From: Bacilli bacterium
GTDB lineage: Bacteria; Bacillota_I; Bacilli_A; RFN20; CAG-826
Length of the DNA stretch: 64,000 bases
NCBI GenBank assembly: GCA_035367155.1
Contig: DAOSJI010000001.1
Coordinates: 85,621-149,620, forward strand
Reading direction: 5' to 3'
Shown: positions 47,500 through 56,995 of the stretch, one piece after another
Numbering within the stretch: the stretch's first letter is position 1
How the letters are laid out: each line of letters starts with the position of its first letter
The notes under the pieces: generated by a model
Seen by the model: only the letters and a program-made list of their open reading frames with translations
Told to the model about the DNA's origin: nothing
The model's database searches: none
Translations under genes and position numbers: made by a program

Positions 47500-49665
47500 T
47501 TAGTATAATACAATAACTATTTTAAGAATATAGTTAGTATAGCCAGTATTTACTTTATCAATTTTAACGAAACGAACATTATCGGTTTCAGCATATTCAG
47601 TAGTCATTGCTGAGTGAGGATCATTATATTTAGCTCCATCACCAATTTGTTGTGTTCCTTGTTCATAAGCAGTTGTATTACCAGCTGAAATGTCCATTTG
47701 ACCTTGGTAACGTCCACCTGCCCAATGTAATTCAACACGTTTTACCGCGCTTGGTAATTCAGTTGTATTTGCAAGTGATCCACTTACTCCATCTTTAGTA
47801 CGGCATTGAATTTCGCCATTTGAACTTAGATAAAGTTGTACATATGACCATGAAACTGTTCCAATTTCTGCTGTACCATCTTGATAAGTAGCTACTAAGC
47901 CAAGTAATTCCGCAGTTACTTCGTGTTTTGCTTCAACTGGAGCAACGACATTAACTGGAATTGTGTCTTCAAAGCCACCACCAGTAACGGTAATGTTAGC
48001 AGTACCAACTGCAATACCACTTACTAAACCAGTAGCATTAACAGTTGCAACCTCTTCAGCATCTGAAGTATATGTTAATTCATCTGGTAAGTTAGCAGTA
48101 GCAGGAACTGGAGCAACTGTAAGTTGTTTAGTTCCGCCGACTTCAACATCTCCATCAATTGTAAGTTCTAATCCTGTTAGATTTGGAACTTCACCAGGAG
48201 TAACGGTAATTGCATCACTATGGTGAACTACAAGTTGAGGGATATTATACCAACCTAAAACTGTTGGATGCTTAAAGTCTACAGTATCAACTGGTTTTAA
48301 GCCGTTAAGTTTAGCATTAATTGCTGCTAGATCAGCAATATCAGCATTTTCACGTAAATTAATAGTTTTTTCAGGATCAGCAACAAATTTAAAGGTTAAT
48401 GTTGGCGTTGCTTCTGGTGTAACAGAAATTTGTGTAACTGGATTTAGACCTAGTACATTAACTAAAACGTTTTGATCTTTTACACCTAGTGTAGCAACGT
48501 TTTCTGCTGTAATTGATAAGGCACCTTGAGCAGCACCATCACCTAAAACGGTAAGGTTTTCAACACCAGTTAATTGTTTCATACCTTTATAATCTCCAAA
48601 AGTTCCGCTTAAGGAGACTTCATCGCCAACTTTCGCTTCGCCTAAAACTGCATCAGCAACACGGTAAAGATAAAGTGCTCTAACTTCTTCACCTTCTGTT
48701 TGTTGGATAGTAACATTATTATTGCTCCATTGGCTATTGTGGGTTGTGGATGTAATAACACCTTTAACATGGACTAAATCACCAAGAGATACGGTTCCTG
48801 CTGCCAATCTTTCATGGAATGCAAATAGCGTTTCATGTTCGATTGCACCTGGTTCTCCGCCATCGGTTAATTCAGTAAATTCATCAGCATGAGTAATCAT
48901 AAATTGATATGTACCATTGTTCATACCAATAATACCAGTGAAGGTTAAGGTATCCATTGAGTCAATACCATCTTCATCAACTGCAGCTAATTTATCTGCA
49001 AGTGCTTGCATATCTTCTACTGGAAGATAATAGTGAGCATAGCCACCAAGATTAACTTCATTTAAGGCAATGGTCATATTGCTAGCACTGCCTGGTGTAA
49101 TTGTGCCACTTACAAAGTTAGCACCTGGAATCTTAACTAGTTTGCTGTCTTTGCCGACTAAATCTTCTTGAGCGACTGAGGTTAGGACTTCTGGTTCAAC
49201 TGGTGTACCAGCTTTTTTGCTAACAACTTCAGCGTCTGATAATTGATGTAAACCTTTATATGGTTTGTAGTAACCATGAATTGTTAGTTCATCACCAATT
49301 TCTCCGAAACTATCGATATCATCTGGACTAACACCATAGATACCAATTGCTTCATCACCATCTTGAATGGTTAAAACATATGCTGCTGCATCGTTGATTT
49401 TCGCACCAAGATACTTCTTAGTTAGAACACCTCTCGTCCAACATTCGATAGCATTTTCGACTGTGCCTTCATCATTTAATGGAGTATCACGAAGGTCAGC
49501 AATTGTTCTTAGGTCTAATTCTTCTGATGTATCTTCTGAACCATCGCTAACTGGGATTGTTGGGATGTCATCAGAAGATGATGGATCAGATGTTGCAGGT
49601 GGTGTTTTTGTACAACCTACAAGAAACAAACCTAAAAGTGGTAGTAATATAAGTTTTTTCTTCAT
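47500..49665 (-). CDS. large acidic surface lipoprotein with two OB-fold-like repeats and a Big_2 (Ig-like) domain
   Basis: Signal peptide with lipobox LFLVGC. The motif recurs as ELTIHGYYKPYKGLHQL and EVSLSGTFGDYKGMKQL. A Big_2-like segment reads GGTKQLTV...TYTSDAEEVATVNATGLVSGIAVGTANITV. Confidence 0.75.
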   Translation of the reverse strand: MKKKLILLPLLGLFLVGCTKTPPATSDPSSSDDIPTIPVSDGSEDTSEELDLRTIADLRDTPLNDEGTVENAIECWTRGVLTKKYLGAKINDAAAYVLTIQDGDEAIGIYGVSPDDIDSFGEIGDELTIHGYYKPYKGLHQLSDAEVVSKKAGTPVEPEVLTSVAQEDLVGKDSKLVKIPGANFVSGTITPGSASNMTIALNEVNLGGYAHYYLPVEDMQALADKLAAVDEDGIDSMDTLTFTGIIGMNNGTYQFMITHADEFTELTDGGEPGAIEHETLFAFHERLAAGTVSLGDLVHVKGVITSTTHNSQWSNNNVTIQQTEGEEVRALYLYRVADAVLGEAKVGDEVSLSGTFGDYKGMKQLTGVENLTVLGDGAAQGALSITAENVATLGVKDQNVLVNVLGLNPVTQISVTPEATPTLTFKFVADPEKTINLRENADIADLAAINAKLNGLKPVDTVDFKHPTVLGWYNIPQLVVHHSDAITVTPGEVPNLTGLELTIDGDVEVGGTKQLTVAPVPATANLPDELTYTSDAEEVATVNATGLVSGIAVGTANITVTGGGFEDTIPVNVVAPVEAKHEVTAELLGLVATYQDGTAEIGTVSWSYVQLYLSSNGEIQCRTKDGVSGSLANTTELPSAVKRVELHWAGGRYQGQMDISAGNTTAYEQGTQQIGDGAKYNDPHSAMTTEYAETDNVRFVKIDKVNTGYTNYILKIVIVLY

Positions 49666-49694
49666 TATTTCCTCCTTTTATCTACTACAATTAG

Positions 49695-49703
49695 ATTATA
49701 ACA
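49695..49703 (-). promoter_or_regulatory. extended -10 promoter of the lipoprotein gene
   Basis: TGtTATAAT on the - strand, about 30 nt upstream of the ATG. SD AAGGAGG follows. Confidence 0.5.
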
Positions 49704-49808
49704 CATACCAAAAAAAAGTAATAATGAAAATGATAAAGCATTTTATAATATAAAATGGTGATGATATGAGGATATTTTAAAGGATTTAAGTTTTTATATT
49801 TTTAGAAT

Positions 49809-49855
49809 AAAAAAACGCGCACGCCCGCGCATATGTGCGCGCTTAATGTGCGCGT
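49809..49855 (-). terminator. GC-rich nested-hairpin intrinsic terminator after the recJ region
   Basis: Outer stem acgcgcac/gtgcgcgt (49815-22 with 49848-55), inner stem cgcgca/tgcgcg (49826-31 with 49836-41), then seven U on the - strand. Confidence 0.7.
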
Positions 49856-49868
49856 CAATAAAATATTA

Positions 49869-50189
49869 CTATGCTAATTCTTCGATTTCATCAATAATGA
49901 ATTGGAGATTTTTTGTATTTCTAAATTCATTAATTCCAAGATGACCAACAAGTGTTAAATTAGCGACACTATGAACATGGTCATAAGAAAAATTAAAGCC
50001 AACTATTTTAATGCTATTTGTAATATTTGTAATTATATGAAGCCCGTTTTTTGTAAAAGTAAGTTTATTTGGATCAATACTATCAATTTTAAAATAAGGT
50101 CTTTCAAAACCTTGACCATAAGGGCCAAGAGCTTCATAAACTTCATAGTTTTCCCAAGTTAGATCAGAAATTGAGATTGGAATAGTCTT
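49869..50189 (-). other. recJ: in-frame continuation of recJ beyond its TAG stop, encoding the RecJ C-terminal domain
   Basis: There are 106 stop-free codons in the recJ frame. My translation is KTIPISISDLTWENYEVYEALGPYGQGFERPYFKIDS...IIDEIEELA, which contains no Met and has no SD. It ends at TAG 49869-49871, just before the terminator. Confidence 0.75.
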
Positions 50190-51428
50190 CTATTTTTGTT
50201 CTACGAAGCGATATTCTTCTGCAAGTGAGACAAAAGCATCACGAAATGCAGGTAGATCTTTAATATCAAGCGAACATCCCCCAGCACATTCATGTCCTCC
50301 ATAGGTAAGTAGATAGTCTTTTAATTGCGTAAAAGCTTTAACAATTGAAAAACCAGGTTTACTTCTTGCACTTCCTTTTAAAATGTTAGGTTTTTTACTA
50401 TCGGGCGTAAAAACGATTGTTACTTTATCGTAACTATTTAAGTATCTAGCGGCAATTAAACCAATTAAACCTTCTTTTTCGTTAGTATTTGCAACAATTG
50501 CGGGAAGAGATAAATCGACATCAGGCGTTTTTAAGAAAGCATCGCTCATTGTCTTTTTTCTTGCTTCGTTTACATCTAAAATCCAAGCATAAATTTCATT
50601 AATTCTTGTTTTATTATCGGTTGTTAAATATTCAACTAACACATTTATTTCTTCATTTTGACACATTCGTCCAATGGCGTTTAGTTTTGGAGCAATTCGC
50701 ATCGCAATTATTTCTTCATCAACAAAATCGCCTTCTGCTAATTTAGCTAGAGCATAATAGTGATTTTCATTAATAAATTTTAAACCAAGGCGAACAATAT
50801 CGCGATTATATGAAACTAAAGGCATCATATCGCTAATGGTAGCAATTGCTGCTAGAGTAGCTAGATATTCATCATCTTTTTCTAATAAGGCGACTGCAAG
50901 CATATAGGCAACATAGGCTCCGCAGGAAACAGTTTCACCGTACTTACTAAAAAGTGGGTGCATAATTGCGTATGCATTAGGAACTTCTTTAATTACCTCA
51001 TGATGATCGGTAATAATAACATCAATTCCTGCCTTATTTGCAACTTCTATTGCTTCATTTTGTGAAATACCGTTATCAACCGTAATAATAAGATTATAGT
51101 TTTGAGACGCGTATTTATTTACTCGCTCAATCGTTAACCCATACCCATCCTTATAGCGAGACGGTAAATAAAAATCAACAGGATAACCAAGCATCATAAA
51201 AGTCTTTTTTAAAATTGAGGTCGCCATGATGCCATCACAATCATAGTCGCCGTAGATAATTATTTTTTCGCCGTTTTCTATAGCAAATTTAATTCTATTA
51301 ACAATTTTACCGATATCTTTAAAGTTAGTGTATGAGGGTAGCAAACTAAAAGATGGAGCGACACAAAGACGCTCATAATCATCTTTTGAAAGATTAAAAT
51401 AGTTTAATAGTTTATCTAAAAAGGTCAT
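50190..51428 (-). CDS. recJ: single-stranded-DNA-specific exonuclease RecJ (DHH/DHHA1 core), ending at an internal TAG
   Basis: DHH motifs (GDYDCDG, VDNG, ITDHH) and DHHA1 (GGHECAGG). 412 aa up to TAG 50190-50192. Confidence 0.9.
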   Translation of the reverse strand: MTFLDKLLNYFNLSKDDYERLCVAPSFSLLPSYTNFKDIGKIVNRIKFAIENGEKIIIYGDYDCDGIMATSILKKTFMMLGYPVDFYLPSRYKDGYGLTIERVNKYASQNYNLIITVDNGISQNEAIEVANKAGIDVIITDHHEVIKEVPNAYAIMHPLFSKYGETVSCGAYVAYMLAVALLEKDDEYLATLAAIATISDMMPLVSYNRDIVRLGLKFINENHYYALAKLAEGDFVDEEIIAMRIAPKLNAIGRMCQNEEINVLVEYLTTDNKTRINEIYAWILDVNEARKKTMSDAFLKTPDVDLSLPAIVANTNEKEGLIGLIAARYLNSYDKVTIVFTPDSKKPNILKGSARSKPGFSIVKAFTQLKDYLLTYGGHECAGGCSLDIKDLPAFRDAFVSLAEEYRFVEQK

Positions 51429-51435
51429 AATCTAA

Positions 51436-51460
51436 ATTAAAAAGGCTACATAAAGTAGCC
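51436..51460 (-). terminator. intrinsic terminator after secDF
   Basis: Stem aggctac/gtagcct followed by uuuuaauuu on the - strand. Confidence 0.6.
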
Positions 51461-51473
51461 TCAATTTAACTAA

Positions 51474-54122
51474 TTAATCGTTAATTCCAATAAAGATTGC
51501 TTCTTCTGGTTCAGCACTCTTTTTACGGCTACTTGTTTTAACGCTTGCGCGATGTTTAGCACGTTTACTTTGCCATTTTGGTTTTGGAAGTTGTATTTTT
51601 GCAATTCGAGCATAAAGTTTAGAAAATGCCGTCAATGTTGGATTTAATAAGCGAGTTAAAACTACTGTTGCAATTAAAATACCTAGAAGAGCACTAGCAT
51701 AAACAAAAGCAGTTTTAAGTGGACCAATACCAACAAAGTTAAGGAATGTAAGTCCGAGTAAAACCATTAAAGCATAGTTTGGACTCATACTCATAGTAAG
51801 AGCACGTTCAGTAAGTTCTTCATTTGTAAAGTCACGGTATAGTGGGTCATCATGAAGTTCTTTCTCACTTTGATAGACACTAAGAGCATAAAGAGCACTT
51901 ATTAGGGTTGCAACTAATACGCCAACTGCTGCCATAGGTGGAACTGTAATTCTAGTAACCATAAAGAAAAGCAAGGTTATTAGACTTGAACTAGCACCTA
52001 AAACAAAGAATGTACTTGCTCTACTAATTCCGTGACGGAATAGCATATAAAGCGTTGTAACTCCTAAAGTAATTAGGGCAATTAAGCCAACACGATAAGT
52101 ATTAGGAACAAGGTTAAGTTTAGTAACAGGGTTAACACTAACAAGAGCATCAGCATCAACTTCAGTTGCTAAGTTATAAAGGGCATCACTTAAGGTTGAG
52201 CCGGTATTTACATCACCGTTAAAGTCGGTATAGCTAACAATTTCATCACCATTAAAGTGACCATTTAAATTGTAGATATAGTAAACATATTCAAAGGTAA
52301 TTTGGCTTTCACCGATTTCTTCTACTTTATTGTAGTCGTGAGTTTCATAAAGAGGGGTATCACCTTCAAGTTTAATTTGTAATACCTTATCTTGGTATTT
52401 AATACGTTTTAAAATTTCATATGGTGATTTATCTTCACTAGATGTAGATAAGTTACTATTTTTTTCTACACGGAAATAAATTCTTGTTGTATCATGCGTT
52501 GATTTTGTTAATTCAAGTGGAGTTTTATTAATGCCTGCAAAAACACTAAGTAATATGATAGAAGCTAGAGAAAGTGCTCCTACAATACCACCAGTTAATT
52601 TTGCTTTTTTACTTGGTTTAGATTCAACAAAACGACCAAAATATGTTGGTTTTTCGTCTTTTCTAACATCAGGAACGAGTGTTGCATTAATGTTATAAAT
52701 TTTATAGTTATCTTGCGTTGAAGTATTATTTGCAAGCAAATATAGCGTAACTGCGTTATGAAGTAAAACAGTAATTGCTGCAACTGGAGCACTAAACATG
52801 ACCATAGTAGCAAAACTAGTTAATGAGGCTCCGCCGAAGAAATAAGCAATAACGCCTAGAGCAAGAAAAACAACCATAGCATCTAGAGTTAAGAATGTTG
52901 ATTTTTTAATAGCTTCGCCGTGAGCCTTTTTAAAGGTTCTTCCGCGATATACTTCTTGACGGAAACGGTGGAAATAAACAACGCTACTAAATAAAGCTAA
53001 ACCACCTGCAAGAAGTAAGCCAATTAAAGCACCTGTTGAAAATTCGACCATGACTAAATTAAAGATAATTAGTGTGCCAAAAACAGTTAATAAGAGTGAA
53101 CTAATTGCACTTAAAGCAGGTAAGCGATACATAACAACTAAAACAATACTAAGTATGACAGTTGCTACGATTAGAGCAATAAAAGTTCTTGACATTGCAA
53201 TATGTTCTCTAGCACCTAATGTAAGTAAGCTTTCTACAGTTGGTGGATATATAGTATTAACACCGATACTTTCGATTTTATAAGCGGTTTTACCAGCATT
53301 AAAAACATTAACCATGTAACGAGCAACATCGGTTGCTTCTTTAATTTCAGCCGTTGTATAACTACTTGTATCTTGTCTATCTGGAAGTTGAGAAGCTACT
53401 GCAATTTCGGTTTCTTCTTCATTCCACCACATTTGACGGTAGTCAAAAGACAAGAAAACTTTTTTCTTAGTTTCGTTATTTGATTCTCTTTCAGCATAAA
53501 CATCTTTTTCAGGATCATAGTCACTCCAAACGACAATAATTGCATCTTCAACAATTTGAGCAACACTTTCACCTTCGTTAAGTGTTTGTTTTTCTTCTTG
53601 AATTTTTTGCGCGACTTGAACGATTTTCGTCTTAAACATTACAGGATCACTAAGAGGAATAACAATAAATGGGTGTGGTCCTCGATATTCTATTCGAGCT
53701 TTAATATCATTAAATATTTCATGATCTTCTAAAATAGCATCAGTTTCGTCTTGAGCTGCAACGCGAACTGTAAAATTGGCATCATAGTTAAGAAGTGCAC
53801 GTAAACGACTATATTCGCGTTCAGTTTTTAGAGTTGCATTAACACGAACAATCGTATTTCCTTCCGTTGCTATTTGATATTCAGATACACCGAAGGTATC
53901 CATTCGCTCTTTCATCATCGCAGCGACTTCTTCAGCTGCGCCTTCTTTTAGCGTTTCATCTCCTCCGTCTTCGGTTTCTTTATTACTAACTTCATAAATA
54001 AATTCTCGTCCTGCAGCATATTCAAGGTTGGAATTCATTTCTCTAATTGGTTTTGCAATGTTTAGACCAACCCCAAGAATGAGGGTAAAGACGAGTGTAA
54101 GATAAGCAATTAATCGACGCAT
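51474..54122 (-). CDS. secDF: fused protein translocase subunit SecDF
   Basis: 882 aa with 12 TM helices in two blocks separated by large extracytoplasmic domains. secDF-recJ-relA synteny. Confidence 0.9.
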   Translation of the reverse strand: MRRLIAYLTLVFTLILGVGLNIAKPIREMNSNLEYAAGREFIYEVSNKETEDGGDETLKEGAAEEVAAMMKERMDTFGVSEYQIATEGNTIVRVNATLKTEREYSRLRALLNYDANFTVRVAAQDETDAILEDHEIFNDIKARIEYRGPHPFIVIPLSDPVMFKTKIVQVAQKIQEEKQTLNEGESVAQIVEDAIIVVWSDYDPEKDVYAERESNNETKKKVFLSFDYRQMWWNEEETEIAVASQLPDRQDTSSYTTAEIKEATDVARYMVNVFNAGKTAYKIESIGVNTIYPPTVESLLTLGAREHIAMSRTFIALIVATVILSIVLVVMYRLPALSAISSLLLTVFGTLIIFNLVMVEFSTGALIGLLLAGGLALFSSVVYFHRFRQEVYRGRTFKKAHGEAIKKSTFLTLDAMVVFLALGVIAYFFGGASLTSFATMVMFSAPVAAITVLLHNAVTLYLLANNTSTQDNYKIYNINATLVPDVRKDEKPTYFGRFVESKPSKKAKLTGGIVGALSLASIILLSVFAGINKTPLELTKSTHDTTRIYFRVEKNSNLSTSSEDKSPYEILKRIKYQDKVLQIKLEGDTPLYETHDYNKVEEIGESQITFEYVYYIYNLNGHFNGDEIVSYTDFNGDVNTGSTLSDALYNLATEVDADALVSVNPVTKLNLVPNTYRVGLIALITLGVTTLYMLFRHGISRASTFFVLGASSSLITLLFFMVTRITVPPMAAVGVLVATLISALYALSVYQSEKELHDDPLYRDFTNEELTERALTMSMSPNYALMVLLGLTFLNFVGIGPLKTAFVYASALLGILIATVVLTRLLNPTLTAFSKLYARIAKIQLPKPKWQSKRAKHRASVKTSSRKKSAEPEEAIFIGIND

Positions 54123-54235
54123 AGTATTCCTCCAATAATGTTTTAATAAATAAAACGACGAAATTATATCGCCTTAATAGAATACTATTAAGCAACTTGA
54201 TTTTCAAGAAAATATAATTAAAAATTGAAAAGTTT

Positions 54236-54262
54236 TAAAAATGACGAGTTTTTCTCGTCATT
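54236..54262 (-). terminator. intrinsic terminator after the 54287-55384 gene
   Basis: 8-bp stem atgacgag/ctcgtcat with loop ttttt, then a U-run on the - strand. Confidence 0.65.
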
Positions 54263-54286
54263 TATTAGTAATATTTTACCTTTTAT

Positions 54287-55384
54287 TTATTTTCCTATGT
54301 TGTTTTCTATTATTTCAGTTTCTAAGACATTTTCACTTAATTGTTTAACTTTTCGATGTTCTCTAATTTTTTTAGCACTGAGTTTAAAAAGAAATTGAAT
54401 GCCAAAAACGATGATACCACCTAAGCTAAAAGCAAACATGTAAACAAGTGTATAGATAAAACCAGAAATTAATGGTAAATTTATTCGCTCCTGAAGCCAA
54501 AACCGAATATCACCTAAGATAGGCATATGTCTTGAACCTTGATAGGGGCTAATAAAGAATAAATCAACATTTCCTGGACCAGTTTTATTTGGATCAATAA
54601 GATGGAAAAAGATATTTAGAACTTGTGCTCCAATCATAAAACAAAATAATACAATTAAAGCGCTAAGATAGTCTTTAATTTTTGTGCCCATTCCTAAGTA
54701 GGTTGCAGTATAAACACCTGCTACAACCATTAGGCCGTGCCACATCATTGTATGAACACAAATTGAGATTTGTGATGTAAAAACATCACCACCGACAATC
54801 ATTACACTAATACCTGCAACTAAAGCAAATATCCCAGTAAAACTATATAAAGCCCTTTGAATTTTCTTATTTTTTACAAATGGACCAAAAAGGAAAACAT
54901 AAAGTGGCACACTACAAAATTGATAAGGAAAACCATACCAATGATAACCAGTGAATATTTCAAGGAAAAATATTTGTTTAAATATCTCAATTAAGAGTAA
55001 AGAAACACCCAATTTAAAGATTGTATAATCGTTCTTATTTAGGCGTCCCCATAAATAATGTCGATCATCTTTTCTATCTAAATGATGCGCACGATAACCA
55101 TAGTAGATTGCACCACCTGCTGTGACTAATATTGCAAGTATATGAAATGGTGAGTATGTAATAGCAACCGTTGCAGATCTTCCTGCTAAGTAGCTTTCGC
55201 TCCAAGTCCATCTCATACCAATAATGGTCATATAAATCGGTGGAATTAAAACAATAATCCATGCAAAAATATCACATAATAATGGATGTTTATTTTGGTG
55301 TCGAAATATTTCTTTTAATACTATTAAGACTAATAAAATTACACTAGATATGGCTGTAACAGTCCAGCCGATGGCATTACTCAT
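54287..55384 (-). CDS. polytopic integral membrane protein, function unknown (possibly YwaF/TMEM164-like)
   Basis: 365 aa with about nine hydrophobic helices. The family guess rests only on overall topology and a PYQFCSVPLY-type segment. Confidence 0.55.
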   Translation of the reverse strand: MSNAIGWTVTAISSVILLVLIVLKEIFRHQNKHPLLCDIFAWIIVLIPPIYMTIIGMRWTWSESYLAGRSATVAITYSPFHILAILVTAGGAIYYGYRAHHLDRKDDRHYLWGRLNKNDYTIFKLGVSLLLIEIFKQIFFLEIFTGYHWYGFPYQFCSVPLYVFLFGPFVKNKKIQRALYSFTGIFALVAGISVMIVGGDVFTSQISICVHTMMWHGLMVVAGVYTATYLGMGTKIKDYLSALIVLFCFMIGAQVLNIFFHLIDPNKTGPGNVDLFFISPYQGSRHMPILGDIRFWLQERINLPLISGFIYTLVYMFAFSLGGIIVFGIQFLFKLSAKKIREHRKVKQLSENVLETEIIENNIGK

Positions 55385-55440
55385 AATAATTACCTCGTAG
55401 ATAAATTTTAACTCAACCCATTTTTCTTTGCAACATTAGG

Positions 55441-56439
55441 TCATTTTTTAAGCCGATTTAGATGATTTAACCCCTTTTTTGTAAGGGTTCTGCCTCTTTT
55501 TGTTCTTTCAATAAAGCCGATTTGAAGTAAGTATGATTCATATATTTCTTCTACATTTTCTTTTTCTTCATCTAGAAGAGCGCTTAATGTTTCAATACCT
55601 ACAGGACCTCCATTAAAGCGTTCTTTTAAGATGACTAAATATTGCCTTTCATATTCAACTAAACCAGCTTCATCAACATCAAGTGAATTAAGCATTATTT
55701 TGACTCGATCAATTTGAATTATTTGTTCATTAAAAAAAGTTGCAAAATCTCGTACTCTTTTATAGTATCGATTAGCTAATCTAGGATTATTTCTGCTTTT
55801 TTTCGCTAATTCAAAAGCTGCTTCATGCGTAATAGGATGTTTAAATACACGAGCACTTCTTAAAATAAGTTCCATAATTTCTTTAGTAGAATATGATGCT
55901 AATTTAGCATTAATTCCAAAGCGATTTCTTAGTGGTGCACTAAGTAAACTAGGTTTTGTTGTAGCTCCAATTAATGTAAATGGGGGTAAAGTTATATCAA
56001 CAACTTTTCCTCCTTGTTCTCGACCTATTAATAGAGCAATACGATAATCTTCCATTGCACTATAGAGAACTTCTTCTACAGTTTTTGGAATTCGATGAAT
56101 CTCATCGATAAAGACAACATCACCGGCTTCAACACTTGTTAAACACGCAATTAGATCACCACTTCTTTCTAATGATGGTCCGCTAATCGTCCTTATATTT
56201 ACTCCCATTTCATTAGCGACTATATAGGCTAAAGTAGTCTTTCCAATACCTGGTGGACCAAAAAAAAGAATATGATCTAGCACTTCTTGCCTTTCTTTTG
56301 CAGCGTTTATATAAATTTTTAAATTTTGTTTTAATGCTTTTTGACCAATATATTCATCTAGTCTTTTAGGTCTTAGCGATAAGTCATCCTCTTCTTTAAA
56401 ATAAAAACTCTTTCTTGCTAATATTGACTTATCGCTCAT
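55441..56439 (-). CDS. ruvB: Holliday junction helicase RuvB
   Basis: AAA+ motifs (GPPGIGKTT, DEIH) and a winged-helix C-terminus. Confidence 0.95.
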   Translation of the reverse strand: MSDKSILARKSFYFKEEDDLSLRPKRLDEYIGQKALKQNLKIYINAAKERQEVLDHILFFGPPGIGKTTLAYIVANEMGVNIRTISGPSLERSGDLIACLTSVEAGDVVFIDEIHRIPKTVEEVLYSAMEDYRIALLIGREQGGKVVDITLPPFTLIGATTKPSLLSAPLRNRFGINAKLASYSTKEIMELILRSARVFKHPITHEAAFELAKKSRNNPRLANRYYKRVRDFATFFNEQIIQIDRVKIMLNSLDVDEAGLVEYERQYLVILKERFNGGPVGIETLSALLDEEKENVEEIYESYLLQIGFIERTKRGRTLTKKGLNHLNRLKK

Positions 56440-56995
56440 TATTTAATACCTCTAACATATTTATTATCAATTCTTCTAAATCATTAATTTTGAGTTGTTC
56501 TATTTTTTTATATGCTTCTTTTATTTCGCTTTTTAGATAGCCAAGTTTAGATAAAGCAATAAAAGCATCTTCAACAATTGGTAAATTTACTAGTTTTTGA
56601 TGCTTACTTTGTTTTTTATTAAAATGATGAAACAAATCTTCTAAATTTGTTTTTCTAATACCTTTTAGGTTAGTAAAAAAAGCATGATTTTCATTATTAA
56701 TTGCTTCAATTAAATCAATTAAAGAAGCATAAGATAAGATTTTATGTGCGGTTTTTATTCCAATACCATTAATTTTTAATAGTTCAACAAAAAAATGTCT
56801 TTCGTTTTCTTCTTTAAAGGCAAAGACATATTCTTTTTCGTTATAAAAAATTTTATAAATAAAAAGTGTTGTCTCTTCGTTTAATATGTATTCTTTACTT
56901 CGAACAATAATAAAACGAAAAACAACGCTACTAAGAGAAAAATATAAATAAGGGTCACTAACTTTGACTACTTGCCCTTTTAGGGCATAAATCAT
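56429..56995 (-). CDS. ruvA: Holliday junction DNA-binding protein RuvA
   Basis: OB-fold N-terminus and HhH region (INGIGIKTAHKIL). Overlaps ruvB. Confidence 0.85.
   Translation of the reverse strand: MIYALKGQVVKVSDPYLYFSLSSVVFRFIIVRSKEYILNEETTLFIYKIFYNEKEYVFAFKEENERHFFVELLKINGIGIKTAHKILSYASLIDLIEAINNENHAFFTNLKGIRKTNLEDLFHHFNKKQSKHQKLVNLPIVEDAFIALSKLGYLKSEIKEAYKKIEQLKINDLEELIINMLEVLNNER

Noticed and set aside
49971-50162. 63-aa + strand ORF between the lipoprotein gene and recJ.
   Set aside because: It is antisense to the in-frame RecJ C-terminal continuation, which has recognisable RecJ sequence. It has no SD.
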